Shown here: positions 33,471-43,184 of the stretch, one piece after another
Layout: each line of letters starts with the position of its first letter
Numbering within the stretch: the first letter of the stretch is position 1
NCBI GenBank assembly: GCA_964347345.1
Contig: CAYFYB010000004.1
Span: 4,681-68,680, forward strand
Source of the DNA: an uncultured Methanomassiliicoccales archaeon
Lineage (GTDB): Archaea > Thermoplasmatota > Thermoplasmata > RBG-16-68-12 > JAJISG01
Direction: 5' to 3'
DNA: 64,000 nucleotides
Program-made: the position numbers and the translations under genes
The notes under the pieces: generated by a model
What the model was told of the DNA's origin: nothing
Seen by the model: only the letters and a program-made list of their open reading frames with translations
Database searches by the model: none

Positions 33471-34715
33471 ATGCCCACCGACCCCTACGAGGCGGCTCAG
33501 CAGAGAATCGAAGAAGTGGGGCGGCGTCTCGGATTGGAGAAGGGCCTCATAGAGATTCTCAAGCACCCGAAGCGAGAGCTCACCGTCAACTTTCCTGTCA
33601 GGATGGACGATAGCACCCTTCGGATCTTCACCGGTTACCGGGTCCAGTACAATACGGCCCTGGGCCCCTGCAAAGGAGGGATCCGGTACCACCCCGACCT
33701 GACTCTAAGGGACATAAGGGCCCTCGCCGCCCTGATGACCTGGAAGTGTGCCCTCATGGAGCTCCCCTTCGGCGGCGCGAAGGGCGGAATCCCCTGCAGT
33801 CCGAAGGAGATGAGCCTCGGGGAGCTTGAGAGGATGACCCGCCGCTTCGTCTCAGAGATCTCAATCATCATAGGACCCTACGAGGACATCTTGGCTCCCG
33901 ACGTCCACACGGATGACAGAGTGATGGCCTGGGCCATGGACACGTACAGCATGAACGAGGGGTTCAGCGTGCCTGGCGTGGTCACTGGGAAGCCCCAATC
34001 GATAGGGGGGTACGAGAGGAGGGGTGTCGCCACAGCCCGAGGCTTCCTCTACGTCCTCCAGGCAGCCTTTGCGGACTGGGGTATAGTGCTCGAGGGCTCC
34101 AGGGTGGCTGTACAGGGCTTCGGGAAGGTGGGTTTCAACGTGGCCAGGCTTCTCCAAGAACATGGTTGCAGGATTGTTGCTGTGTCGGACTCGAAGGGCG
34201 GTGTCGCATCCTCCGCGGGTTTGGATATGGAGAAGCTGAGGCTTCACAAGCTGAAACGGGGCAGTGTTCTGGATTTTCCGGGGTCCAAGCGAATCGACGA
34301 GGATGGGCTATTGACTTCGGAGTGCGATATCCTCATCCCGGCGGCCCTCTCCCACGTCATTCGGCGCGACACGGCCAGGAAGGTTAGGGCGAAAGTCGTA
34401 TCTGAGGCCGCCAACGGTCCCATCACCCCCGAAGCCGACAGGGTTCTCGAGGACGCAGGGGTCCTGGTGTTGCCAGACATCCTATGCAATGCTGGCGGAG
34501 TCACCGCCAGCTATTTCGAGTGGGTGCAAGACCTCCAGTACTTCTTCTGGGGATCGGGAGAGGTGATGGAAAGGCTCAGGGACGTGATGCTTGGCGCATA
34601 TCGCAGGACGGCGGACGTCTCAAAGAAGGAAGGGGTGAGGATGAGGACAGCAGCCTACATGGTCGCCCTGGGACGCCTTGCCGAGGCCTACAGGCTTCGT
34701 GGCATCTTCCCGTGA
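33471..34715 (+). CDS. gdhA: Glutamate dehydrogenase
   Basis: 'GPCKGGIRYHP', 'PFGGAKGG', 'VAVQGFGKVG', 'NAGGVTASYFEWVQ'. ATG at 33471 ('MPTDPYEAA') is preferred over the track GTG at 33438. Confidence 0.9.
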   Translation: MPTDPYEAAQQRIEEVGRRLGLEKGLIEILKHPKRELTVNFPVRMDDSTLRIFTGYRVQYNTALGPCKGGIRYHPDLTLRDIRALAALMTWKCALMELPFGGAKGGIPCSPKEMSLGELERMTRRFVSEISIIIGPYEDILAPDVHTDDRVMAWAMDTYSMNEGFSVPGVVTGKPQSIGGYERRGVATARGFLYVLQAAFADWGIVLEGSRVAVQGFGKVGFNVARLLQEHGCRIVAVSDSKGGVASSAGLDMEKLRLHKLKRGSVLDFPGSKRIDEDGLLTSECDILIPAALSHVIRRDTARKVRAKVVSEAANGPITPEADRVLEDAGVLVLPDILCNAGGVTASYFEWVQDLQYFFWGSGEVMERLRDVMLGAYRRTADVSKKEGVRMRTAAYMVALGRLAEAYRLRGIFP

Positions 34716-34756
34716 GGCTTAATTACCACCTTCCCCTACGCAATTCAGGTGTTCCC

Positions 34757-35689
34757 TTGTTGCCAACTGAGGAAGCTATTACGAAGGCCGTGGACGCCGC
34801 CTTGCCCTCTGTAGTGTCCGTGGGTACAGTAAGGCTCATCCGGGCCTCTCTTTTCGATGTGGTGCCTGTCAAGGGCGTTGGTTCAGGTGTCGTCCTGGAT
34901 GACGGCTTCATCCTGACCAATAATCACGTCGTGGAGGAGACGGAGGAGATAGAGGTGACCTTCCACGACGGTGAGGGAGTTCGCGGCATCGTCAGAGGCG
35001 GGGATGAGGTCTATGATGTGGCCGTCCTGGAGGTGGAGGCTACTGGCCTTAAACCCCTATCACTGGGCAACTCGGACAAGCTGAGGGTGGGCCAGCTCGT
35101 CATTGCAGTGGGCAATCCCCTCGGTCTCGCAGGAGGCCCAACTGTTACCACCGGGGTCGTCTCGGCCCTGAATCGCTCCGTCAATACGCCGAAAGGAATC
35201 CTCCCGAACCTCATACAGACAGATGCGGCCATCAACCCTGGCAACAGTGGAGGCCCCCTCCTGAACAGCACCGGCAGGGCCATTGGCATCAACACTGCCA
35301 TAGTCCCCGCGGCCCAGGGAATAGGTTTCGCCATACCCATCAACATCGCCGTCCAGGCCGGGAAAGACATCCTTGAGATTGGTCGGGTTCGCAGGCCTTG
35401 GTTGGGGATATACGGTGTCACCCTGACCCGCGGCATTGCCAGCTACTACAGCCTGCCGGTGGACAAGGGGGTTCTGATAGTCCAGGTCGCTCGTGGTGGC
35501 CCAGCGGCCAGGGCCGGGCTTGAAAGCGGTGATGTCCTCCTCCAAGTGGACAGCAAGCCCGTTGGCGATTTGGGGGACCTACTGCGAGAGGTCAGGATGA
35601 GGAAAGTGGGGAGTGAGGTGGAGGTCATCGTTGCCAGGGGAAGCCAGAAATATTCCACGATGATTGTCCTCCAAGAAAGTCCTCGCTGA
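34757..35689 (+). CDS. HtrA/DegP-family serine protease with PDZ domain
   Basis: The track ORF starts inside gdhA. In-frame TTG at 34757/34760 follows the gdhA stop. Catalytic triad contexts 'TNNHVV', 'YDVAVLE', 'GNSGGPL'. C-terminal PDZ 'GVLIVQVARGGPAARAGLESGDVLL'. Confidence 0.8.
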   Translation: MLPTEEAITKAVDAALPSVVSVGTVRLIRASLFDVVPVKGVGSGVVLDDGFILTNNHVVEETEEIEVTFHDGEGVRGIVRGGDEVYDVAVLEVEATGLKPLSLGNSDKLRVGQLVIAVGNPLGLAGGPTVTTGVVSALNRSVNTPKGILPNLIQTDAAINPGNSGGPLLNSTGRAIGINTAIVPAAQGIGFAIPINIAVQAGKDILEIGRVRRPWLGIYGVTLTRGIASYYSLPVDKGVLIVQVARGGPAARAGLESGDVLLQVDSKPVGDLGDLLREVRMRKVGSEVEVIVARGSQKYSTMIVLQESPR

Positions 35690-35709
35690 GGTCCCGGCTG
35701 TGAGGAGAG

Positions 35710-35922
35710 ATGGCCAGGCTGGACAGGGCTGAGAGGAAGCTGAAGCGACTCCGTTCCATTGAGGCGGGCTACCGCCGGGAGATGAAGGCCGCAGAGAAAC
35801 TGTTCGAAGAGGGCAAACTGAGCAGGGAAAAGTTCGAGAAGGTCAGGCGGCGAGCCGGCAGAAGGATCGAAAGGCTCGCTGCGCACATAAGACGGCTGAG
35901 CCAGCGAACGGAGAAGGCTTGA
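35710..35922 (+). CDS. Small basic coiled-coil protein (70 aa), unknown function
   Basis: ATG preceded by GAGGAGAG, 20 nt after the htrA stop. Heptad-like, Arg/Lys/Glu-rich sequence. Confidence 0.4.
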   Translation: MARLDRAERKLKRLRSIEAGYRREMKAAEKLFEEGKLSREKFEKVRRRAGRRIERLAAHIRRLSQRTEKA

Positions 35923-35974
35923 ATCCCTCTCTGTTGCAGAAAACTTTATCGTTGCATCTGGCCCTCTCTTATAC

Positions 35975-36097
35975 GTGGAGTCCGAGCCAAGACACTTGAA
36001 GGTCCGACCCATAGCGTGGGAGCTCGAATTTTGCGTGGTCTGTAAGTTCCCCGTCGAATACTGTCTCTGTGATATGATTCACTGCTGTGGCGACTAG
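35975..36097 (+). CDS. Candidate 40-aa Cys-rich zinc-knuckle miniprotein
   Basis: Own translation from GTG 35975: (M)ESEPRHLKVRPIAWELEFCVVCKFPVEYCLCDMIHCCGD. Seven Cys in the last 21 residues. TATA-like 'AAACTTTATC' lies about 28 nt upstream. An alternative TTG is at 35996. Confidence 0.35.
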   Translation: MESEPRHLKVRPIAWELEFCVVCKFPVEYCLCDMIHCCGD

Positions 36098-36177
36098 GTA
36101 GGTACCCTCAACAAGGAGACCTCACGCTTATAACAAGCCCGACCCTTAGTCCTTTTCGGCTGCAGGAGCGTGAGGCC

Positions 36178-37938
36178 GTGTTAACGAACGATATGGCCGT
36201 CATGATTGGTGGAAGGGCGGGCGACGGCAGTCTCGTGACGGGGGAGATCCTCGCCAAGATCTTCATGGAAGTGGGTCTAGAGGTCTTTACGGTCAAGGAC
36301 TTCCCCTCCAATATCCGGGGCCTGCCAACCAACTACACCATCAGAGCTAGAGACCGTCCCGTCATGGCACGGAAGGATCACGTTGACGTGCTGCTAGCCC
36401 TGGATGAGGAGGCGGTCAGCCTTCACGGGGATGAGCTCCCCTCCGAGGGCGTCCTGATATACGACAGCTCCCTCGGGAAGGGCCCCCAGGACTGGCGGAG
36501 GAAAGACGTCCATCTATATCAGGTGCCTCTCAAGACCCTGGCGGTGGACAACCTGGGGGGATCGCGGGCGGAGATATTCAAGAATACCGTCTCCCTGGGC
36601 GTCCTCTCCCACCTTTTCAGCATCGACGAGGAGGTCGTCCAGGCCGTCACCGCGGAGGAGTTCTCCAGGAAGGGGGCCGAGATTGTGGATAAGAATCGCC
36701 AGGCCATCTCCCTTGGGTCTGACTACGCACGGGAGAACCTTGAGAAGACGGACCCCTACGTGATTGAGGGGAGGCCCAGGGAGGACAGAATTCTGGTGAT
36801 GGGGGACTGGGCGATTGGCTACGGGGCTCTGGTGGCAGGGTGCAGATTCTACGCTGGCTATCCGATTACACCCACGACGGAGATCCTCGAGTGGATGGCG
36901 GATCATATGCCTGAATACAACGGCGCCGTCGTCCAGGTCGAGGACGAAATCGCCGCCATCACGATGGCCATCGGAGCGGCCTACGCGGGCCTGAGGTCCA
37001 TGACGGGAACTTCCGGGCCAGGTGCCTCCCTGATGGCGGAAGCTATGAGCCTTGCGGGCATCAGCGAGATTCCCGTGGTGCTGGTCCACGGTCAGCGAGC
37101 GGGACCCTCCACGGGCTTACCGACGAAAACGGAGCAGTCGGACCTGCAGCACGCCCTCTTTGGCTCTCACGGGGACTTCCCGAGGATAGTGCTGACACCT
37201 GGCAGCGTTGAAGAGGCCTTCTATCTGACGGTGGAGGCCTTCAATCTCGCTGAGATGTTTCAGTGTCCCGTGATACTCCTTACGGAACAGGCCATATGTC
37301 AGAACAAACAGACAGTCCCCCGTTTCGACCTCACTCGCGTGAATGTTGAGAGGGGGAAACTGCTGACCAAGGCCGTCGAGGTCCAGGTGGCGGCCAACGG
37401 TGGGACCTTCAAGAGGTATCTGCTCACGGGGGACGGGGTTTCACCGCGATCCATACCTTCCATGGACGAGGCCATCTTCGAGGCCACCGGCAACGAGCAT
37501 GATGAGGTGGGTCACACATCGGAGGACCCTGAGATGAGGAGAGCCATGATGGAGAAGCGGATGAGGAAGCTGGAGGCCGCCATGCCCCTCCTACCATCCC
37601 CGGTCATCCACGGCGATCCCTCGGCCCCAATCGCCCTTTTGGGCTTTGGCTACCCCACCGGTGCTATTCTCGAAGCCATGGACTCCCTTCGGGCGGAGGG
37701 TATTTCGACGAGATTTGTCCAGCTCAGGACCCTCTGGCCCTTCCAGCGGGAGGAGGTGGCATCCCTTCTGAGTGACACGAAACACCTCCTCGTTGTGGAG
37801 CACAACTTCAGCGGCCAACTCACCTTCCTTCTCCCCAGTCTCCTGCGTGTAGGGTCGGAGGTGTCCGCCATCAGGCGGTACGACGGGAAACTCTTCATCC
37901 CGGCGGACATTGCTCAGGGTGTCAGGGGGGTGCTGTGA
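36178..37938 (+). CDS. korA: 2-oxoacid:ferredoxin oxidoreductase, alpha (fused gamma-alpha) subunit
   Basis: 586 aa. 'IGGRAGDGSLVTGEILA' (gamma-like N-terminus), 'YAGYPITPTTEI', 'TSGPGASLM'. Start is GTG 36178 or ATG 36193. Confidence 0.85.
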   Translation: MLTNDMAVMIGGRAGDGSLVTGEILAKIFMEVGLEVFTVKDFPSNIRGLPTNYTIRARDRPVMARKDHVDVLLALDEEAVSLHGDELPSEGVLIYDSSLGKGPQDWRRKDVHLYQVPLKTLAVDNLGGSRAEIFKNTVSLGVLSHLFSIDEEVVQAVTAEEFSRKGAEIVDKNRQAISLGSDYARENLEKTDPYVIEGRPREDRILVMGDWAIGYGALVAGCRFYAGYPITPTTEILEWMADHMPEYNGAVVQVEDEIAAITMAIGAAYAGLRSMTGTSGPGASLMAEAMSLAGISEIPVVLVHGQRAGPSTGLPTKTEQSDLQHALFGSHGDFPRIVLTPGSVEEAFYLTVEAFNLAEMFQCPVILLTEQAICQNKQTVPRFDLTRVNVERGKLLTKAVEVQVAANGGTFKRYLLTGDGVSPRSIPSMDEAIFEATGNEHDEVGHTSEDPEMRRAMMEKRMRKLEAAMPLLPSPVIHGDPSAPIALLGFGYPTGAILEAMDSLRAEGISTRFVQLRTLWPFQREEVASLLSDTKHLLVVEHNFSGQLTFLLPSLLRVGSEVSAIRRYDGKLFIPADIAQGVRGVL

Positions 37939-38817
37939 ATGGCGATGCAGTACGACCTGACTATCCAGGATTTCAACTCGAAGACGGAAACATGGTGCCC
38001 GGGCTGCGGCGACTTCGGTGTAAACGGAGCGTTGAAGCGAGCGGCGGTCAACCTGAAGCTCCAACCCAAGGACATCGTTCTCGTCACGGGCATCGGCTGT
38101 TCGAGCAAGATATCGGACTACTTCAAGTCCTACGGCTTCCACACCCTCCATGGGAGGCCATTGCCGGTGGCCACTGCCATCAAGCTGGCCAACCCAAAGC
38201 TGACGGTGATTGTGGCAACGGGTGATGGGGACGCTTACTCCATAGGCATTGGCCACTTCATCCACGGTGTCCGAAGGAACCCAAACATCACCATGATCGT
38301 CATGAACAACCAGGTGTACGGCCTTACCAAGGGGCAACACTCACCAACCGCCGGGATAGGAGCTTCTCTGGTCGGGGCCCCCACGGAGTCCAGAGAGTAC
38401 CCGATCGACGGATGCGCCCTGGCCCTGACTGCTGGGGCCTCTTTCGTCGCCAGGACCTTCTCAGGAGACATGAAGGAGAGCATCTCCATCTTCGAGGCAG
38501 CCATCAAGCACCGAGGGTTTGCCCTGGTGGACGACCTGAGCCCCTGCGTCACGTTCAACAAGGTCAACACCTATGCCTGGTTCAGGGAGAACATCAGGAA
38601 GCTGTCTCAGGAGGACTATGACCCGACGGACAGGGTCGGGGCCATGGAGCTCCTCCTCCGATCGGAAAAGATCCCCGTCGGCATCATATACCGATCGTCT
38701 GCCCCACGAAGACCCTACGAGGAGTTCATCCTAGAAAGCCCTGATGAGCCGCCTGTATTCCAGAACTTGTCTCCAACAGAATGGGACTACGGCAAGATCA
38801 TGGAGGAGTTCGATTAG
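37939..38817 (+). CDS. korB: 2-oxoacid:ferredoxin oxidoreductase, beta (TPP-binding) subunit
   Basis: 292 aa. 'WCPGCGDFG', 'VATGDGDAYSIG', 'NNQVYGLTKGQ'. Starts 1 nt after the korA stop. Confidence 0.9.
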   Translation: MAMQYDLTIQDFNSKTETWCPGCGDFGVNGALKRAAVNLKLQPKDIVLVTGIGCSSKISDYFKSYGFHTLHGRPLPVATAIKLANPKLTVIVATGDGDAYSIGIGHFIHGVRRNPNITMIVMNNQVYGLTKGQHSPTAGIGASLVGAPTESREYPIDGCALALTAGASFVARTFSGDMKESISIFEAAIKHRGFALVDDLSPCVTFNKVNTYAWFRENIRKLSQEDYDPTDRVGAMELLLRSEKIPVGIIYRSSAPRRPYEEFILESPDEPPVFQNLSPTEWDYGKIMEEFD

Positions 38818-38915
38818 CTGCATCCCTTCAGCAGACTCTCCCCTCATGAGCAGAGCGGTATGGTATGCTGCTGCCGAGCTTATGACGCTGGCTCCGCCCC
38901 TTTCGAGATGATCCC

Positions 38916-39476
38916 ATGGCCGTCTCACTCACAATGGAGAAGATAGCCGCCAGAATCCGGGACTGCGTCCTCTGTCCCCTCTACGAAGGCAGGACCTTTG
39001 CGGTGCCAGGGGAAGGTCATGGGGGGGCGTTCATCTTCCTGATAGGGGAGGCTCCCGGCAGACAGGAGGACGAGACCGGTCGCCCCTTCGTTGGGATGGC
39101 GGGAAGGGTATTGGACGAGGCTCTCCAAGGGGCGGGTCTTAGGCGATCGGAGGTCTTTATCACCAATGTGGTCAAGTGCAGGCCCCCGGGTAACAGGAAT
39201 CCAAAGGCGGCTGAGATTAGGGCGTGTCGTCCCTATCTGGTCCAGCAGATTGAAACTCTACGTCCTTCGGTGATTGTGACCCTGGGCCTTGTTAGCCTGC
39301 AGTCTCTCCTCGGCGTGAGGGGAAAGGTGGCAGAGGATCGGAAGAAGGACCTCGAGTTCGAGGGAATTCCGGTGGTGGCCACCTACCACCCGGCGGCTTC
39401 CCGCTACAGCCGCCTCTACAGGGCGCGGCTAGTGGAAGACTTAAGGAGGGCGAGGAATATAGTCGGCCTGGTTTAG
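38916..39476 (+). CDS. udg: Uracil-DNA glycosylase, family 4
   Basis: 186 aa. 'CVLCPL', 'LIGEAPGRQEDETGRPFVG', 'FITNVVKCRPPGNR', 'TYHPAA'. Confidence 0.85.
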   Translation: MAVSLTMEKIAARIRDCVLCPLYEGRTFAVPGEGHGGAFIFLIGEAPGRQEDETGRPFVGMAGRVLDEALQGAGLRRSEVFITNVVKCRPPGNRNPKAAEIRACRPYLVQQIETLRPSVIVTLGLVSLQSLLGVRGKVAEDRKKDLEFEGIPVVATYHPAASRYSRLYRARLVEDLRRARNIVGLV

Positions 39477-39947
39477 ATGGCTCGCATCATTAGTCGGCGG
39501 CCCAGGCAGGACAAACCTAACGTCGATACACTCTCTGCTGGCGGGGTCATATTCCGCGCCAACGGAAGCGTGCTGCTCCTGCGCAAAGAGGATGAGAGGA
39601 GATGGTGCCTGCCGAAGGGAGGTGTGGAAGAGGGCGAGGAACCTGAGGAAGCCGCTTTGAGGGAGATCAGGGAGGAAACGGGACTCTACTGCAACTTGGC
39701 GGCCCACATCCTGGACATTCGCTATCGGTATTTCTGGCCTGAGGACCAGGTCAACTACGACAAGACGGTCAAGTACTACCTGGCTGAAGTGGTGGGAGGC
39801 AGCATCAAACTGGAAAGAGGTTTCGATACTCATCGCTGGTGCGTGGAAAAGGAGGCCCTTCGCCTTCTGCACTATGAGAACGACAAGAAAGTAATTCGCA
39901 AGGCCTTCAAGAGGTTACGACGAATAAGGTCAGCCTCAAGCTCGTAG
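39477..39947 (+). CDS. NUDIX hydrolase
   Basis: 156 aa. Nudix box 'GGVEEGEEPEEAALREIREETG'. Starts immediately after the udg stop. Confidence 0.8.
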   Translation: MARIISRRPRQDKPNVDTLSAGGVIFRANGSVLLLRKEDERRWCLPKGGVEEGEEPEEAALREIREETGLYCNLAAHILDIRYRYFWPEDQVNYDKTVKYYLAEVVGGSIKLERGFDTHRWCVEKEALRLLHYENDKKVIRKAFKRLRRIRSASSS

Positions 39948-41654
39948 TTACTGGCGAAGCCAGGACACCAGTTCGTCGTGGGGCAACGCGTTGATGGTGT
40001 CCGAAGCCTCCACCCATCCCCTCCGAGCCTGACCGATGCCAAACTTGATCATGTCAAGATGCAGGCGGCTGTGGGAGTCGGTGTTTATCACAATCTTGGC
40101 TCCCTGCTCCTTGGCCGCCTTGGCGTATGCCCCGTTGAGGTCCAGCCTCTCGATGTAGGCGTTGATTTCCAGCGCGGTGTGCGTCCTCACGGCAGTCTCT
40201 ATCACCCTCGCCATGTCAAGGGCAACGGGCTCCCTCCCACCGATCAGTCGGCAAGTGGGATGCGCCAGGATGTCCACGTTCGGGTTTTCCATAGCGCGGA
40301 CCACCCTATCCGTCATATCCTTCTCCCGCATTCTGAAGTTTGAGTGAACGGCGGCAATGACGTAGTCCAGCCTCCTGAGGATATCGTCGCTGAAGTCCAT
40401 CTCCCCGTGGTCCAGGATGTCAACCTCAGCGCCGTGCAGAATATGGATCCCCTCCACTTCTTCCCTCAGTTTCTGGACCTCATCCATCTGTCTCAGAATG
40501 TCCTCCTCCTTCATGCCGCCAGCGATGTAGACGGACTGGGAGTGGTCGCTTATTCCAAGGTACTCGTAGCCTCGGGCCCTTGCGGCTTCCACCATGTCTG
40601 GGAGACTGTCGTGACCATCAGTCCAGTTGGTATGGACGTGAAGGTCCCCCTTGATGTCCCCCTGAGTAATGAGCCTCGGCAAGTGGTTCTGGAGGGCCGC
40701 CTCCACCTCTCCCTGGGCCTCCCGGAGCTCAGGCTCGATGTATCTGAGGCCCAGAGCGGCATAGACCTCCTCTTCCGTTGCCCCCGCTATCCTCTCCTCG
40801 CCCCGGAAGACACCATACTCGCTGAGCTTCAGACCCCTTTCGATGGCGAGGTTCCGGAGGCGAATGTTGTGATCCTTGGACCCTGTGAAGTACTGGAGGG
40901 CTGAGCCGAAGCTGTCCTCATTCAGCACGCGGATGTCCGCTTGAATCCCTTCTTCCAGCACGACGGAGGTCTTCGTGTCTCCCTTGAGGAGCACCTCCCT
41001 CACGTAGGGCATGGCGACGAAGGTGTCCATCACCTTTCCCCAGTCCTCTGAGGTCACCAGGATGTCGATGTCTCCCACCGTCTCCCTCATTCGTCTGACG
41101 CTACCGGCGACGCTCATCCTCTGCACTGGGGCATTGGTCCTCAGGTGTTCCATGACCCTCACGGCAAGGGGGAGGGCTCGACCCAAGAGCATCCTACCTT
41201 TAGACGCGGCCAAAAGCTCGATTCCCCTCAGGATGTTCTCCACCTTCTTGGGCCCGAGTCCCCTGATTCCAGCGATTCCGCCGCTAGTTGCCGCTTCTTT
41301 GAGCTGCTCGATGGTCTCGATTTGCAGTTTGTCATAGAGCAGCTTGGCCGTTTTGGGCCCTATTCCCGGGACCCTCATGACCTCCACGAGGCCAAGGGGC
41401 AGGTCCACCTTCAGCTTCTCGTAATACTGGATCTTGCCCTCTTCCAGGTACTGGGTGATCTTCTTAGCCATGCTCTGGCCTACACCCGGGAGGGTGTCCA
41501 GCTTTCCCTGTTTCCAGACCTCCTCTAGGTCCTCGCTCATCGACTCTATGTTTCTAGCTGCCCTGCGGTAAGCTTCTGGCTTGAAGTCGACCCCCTGGAG
41601 GTCGAGCATGTCGGCTATATCATAGAAGATTCGGGCAATCTCCAGGTTCTTCAT
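39948..41654 (-). CDS. polX: Family X DNA polymerase with C-terminal PHP domain (PolX)
   Basis: ATG at 41654 ('MKNLEIARIFYDIADMLDLQG') is preferred over the track start 41768. HhH 'VPGIGPKTAKLLY', nucleotidyltransferase 'AGSVRRMRETVGDIDIL', PHP 'GDLHVHTNWTDG'. Confidence 0.85.
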   Translation of the reverse strand: MKNLEIARIFYDIADMLDLQGVDFKPEAYRRAARNIESMSEDLEEVWKQGKLDTLPGVGQSMAKKITQYLEEGKIQYYEKLKVDLPLGLVEVMRVPGIGPKTAKLLYDKLQIETIEQLKEAATSGGIAGIRGLGPKKVENILRGIELLAASKGRMLLGRALPLAVRVMEHLRTNAPVQRMSVAGSVRRMRETVGDIDILVTSEDWGKVMDTFVAMPYVREVLLKGDTKTSVVLEEGIQADIRVLNEDSFGSALQYFTGSKDHNIRLRNLAIERGLKLSEYGVFRGEERIAGATEEEVYAALGLRYIEPELREAQGEVEAALQNHLPRLITQGDIKGDLHVHTNWTDGHDSLPDMVEAARARGYEYLGISDHSQSVYIAGGMKEEDILRQMDEVQKLREEVEGIHILHGAEVDILDHGEMDFSDDILRRLDYVIAAVHSNFRMREKDMTDRVVRAMENPNVDILAHPTCRLIGGREPVALDMARVIETAVRTHTALEINAYIERLDLNGAYAKAAKEQGAKIVINTDSHSRLHLDMIKFGIGQARRGWVEASDTINALPHDELVSWLRQ

Positions 41655-41767
41655 TCCTGCAAATATTGCTCGCGGCTCTATAATACGTTTCTCCCCTTCC
41701 CGATTCAAAGGATGGACGACAACCCGGCACAGATGAGCTTTTTGGACTGGTGGCCAATACCCTCGCA

Positions 41768-42481
41768 ATGCCAGTGGGGACCTGCGGCTTTCCCATGTCT
41801 AGATCGGTCCTCTACAGGACTCTGGACGTGGTGGAGGTGCAGAGGACCTTCTACAAGCCGCCCCGAGTTGAGACCGTGAAACGATGGAGACAGGAGGCCC
41901 CTCCACGGTTCCAGTTCACCATCAAGGCCTGGCAGCTGGTCACGCACGATCCTGCCTCCCCTACTTATCGGAGGGCAGGGATCGACGTGCGGGACCGGGC
42001 TGGGAGCTACGGACACTTCCGACCGACCAAGGAGGTCTTCGAGGCCTGGGAAGTCATGGAAGAGGTGTGCAGGGCTGCCCGTGCCGCGGCCGTGGTCTTC
42101 CAGTCCCCTCCTTCCTTCAAGGAGAACCGGGAAAACGTGTCCAACATGAGGGAGTTCTTCACGAGCATTGACCGTCCCCGTCCCATGTGCTGGGAGCCCC
42201 GAGGAGGATGGTCTTCCAGTACCATCAAGGACCTCTGCTCCACCCTTGAACTCATACACTGCGTCGACCCCTTTGTCGGCCCGTCGTTGACTGGGGGTAA
42301 GGCCTACTTCAGACTCCACGGAATGCCTCCGGGAAAGAGGCGATATCATTACACCTACAGTGATGATGACCTCGCTGAACTCGAGAGCCTTTGCCGCGAA
42401 CATAAGGAGGTATTTCTACTGTTTAACAACGTTACAATGTATCAGGACGCCCTTCGGTTCAGGGAGGTGGCGGGTGTTTAG
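41768..42481 (+). CDS. DUF72 (UPF0759) family protein
   Basis: 'MPVGTCGFPMSR...VEVQRTFY' N-terminus and length are typical of DUF72. The track start 41750 is also possible. Confidence 0.7.
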   Translation: MPVGTCGFPMSRSVLYRTLDVVEVQRTFYKPPRVETVKRWRQEAPPRFQFTIKAWQLVTHDPASPTYRRAGIDVRDRAGSYGHFRPTKEVFEAWEVMEEVCRAARAAAVVFQSPPSFKENRENVSNMREFFTSIDRPRPMCWEPRGGWSSSTIKDLCSTLELIHCVDPFVGPSLTGGKAYFRLHGMPPGKRRYHYTYSDDDLAELESLCREHKEVFLLFNNVTMYQDALRFREVAGV

Positions 42482-43130
42482 GGACCGGGAGGATGCTGGG
42501 CGACGTCTTGCAGGGGAATTGCAGGCCTACGTCGGCCTCAGGCCGTTGGTCCTGGCCATCCCCAGAGGAGGAGTTCCCGTGGGCTTTCGTCTGGCCGAGG
42601 GCCTTGGTGCAGACTTCGATATCCTCATCACGCGGAAGATTCCAATACCTTGGGAGCCCGAAGCTGGCTTCGGGGCCGTGGGCCCCGATGGCGAGTTCGT
42701 CCTCAGCGACTCCCTGATAGATGGCTTGGGACTGTCGACCAAGGAGATCCAGACGCTTGCCCAGACAACGTTTGACGAGGTGCGAAGGAGGGAGGCCATC
42801 CTACGAAGGAATCGTCCTCGCCCGTCAGTTCGAGATCGCCACGTCATCCTGGTGGACGACGGCCTGGCCACGGGCTACACCATGTCGGCGGCCCTCGAGT
42901 GGGTCAGGCGTGGAGCTCCCAAGGAACTAGTTGTAGCGGTGCCGTGCAGCTCGAGTTCCGCCATCGAGGTCGTGAGTGGTTTGGCGGACACTGTGGTTGC
43001 CATGGAGGTGAGCCACGAGCCCTTCTTTGCTGTGGCCTCCTTCTACGAGCGGTGGACGGACCTAACAGATGAGGAGATTCTGCCCTACCTGAAGGACCTT
43101 CCCAAGAGGGGACATTATCAGGGACGATAA
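42474..43130 (+). CDS. Phosphoribosyltransferase-family protein (type I PRTase fold)
   Basis: In-frame GTG at 42474 after GGGAGGTGG gives 'VFRDREDAGRRLAGEL...'. PRPP loop 'VILVDDGLATGYT'. The track ORF 42360.. overlaps the DUF72 gene. Confidence 0.75.
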   Translation: MFRDREDAGRRLAGELQAYVGLRPLVLAIPRGGVPVGFRLAEGLGADFDILITRKIPIPWEPEAGFGAVGPDGEFVLSDSLIDGLGLSTKEIQTLAQTTFDEVRRREAILRRNRPRPSVRDRHVILVDDGLATGYTMSAALEWVRRGAPKELVVAVPCSSSSAIEVVSGLADTVVAMEVSHEPFFAVASFYERWTDLTDEEILPYLKDLPKRGHYQGR

Positions 43131-43184
43131 CGATGCGAAAAACTATAGGATGGAAGGATGCCATATTCTTGGGGAGTAGGCCCC

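Noticed and set aside
35975-36177. Truncated aIF1/SUI1 pseudogene
   Set aside because: Only the zinc-knuckle-like segment is present, and no SUI1-domain-like translation follows in any of the three forward frames before korA. I therefore kept it as a stand-alone miniprotein candidate rather than a pseudogene.
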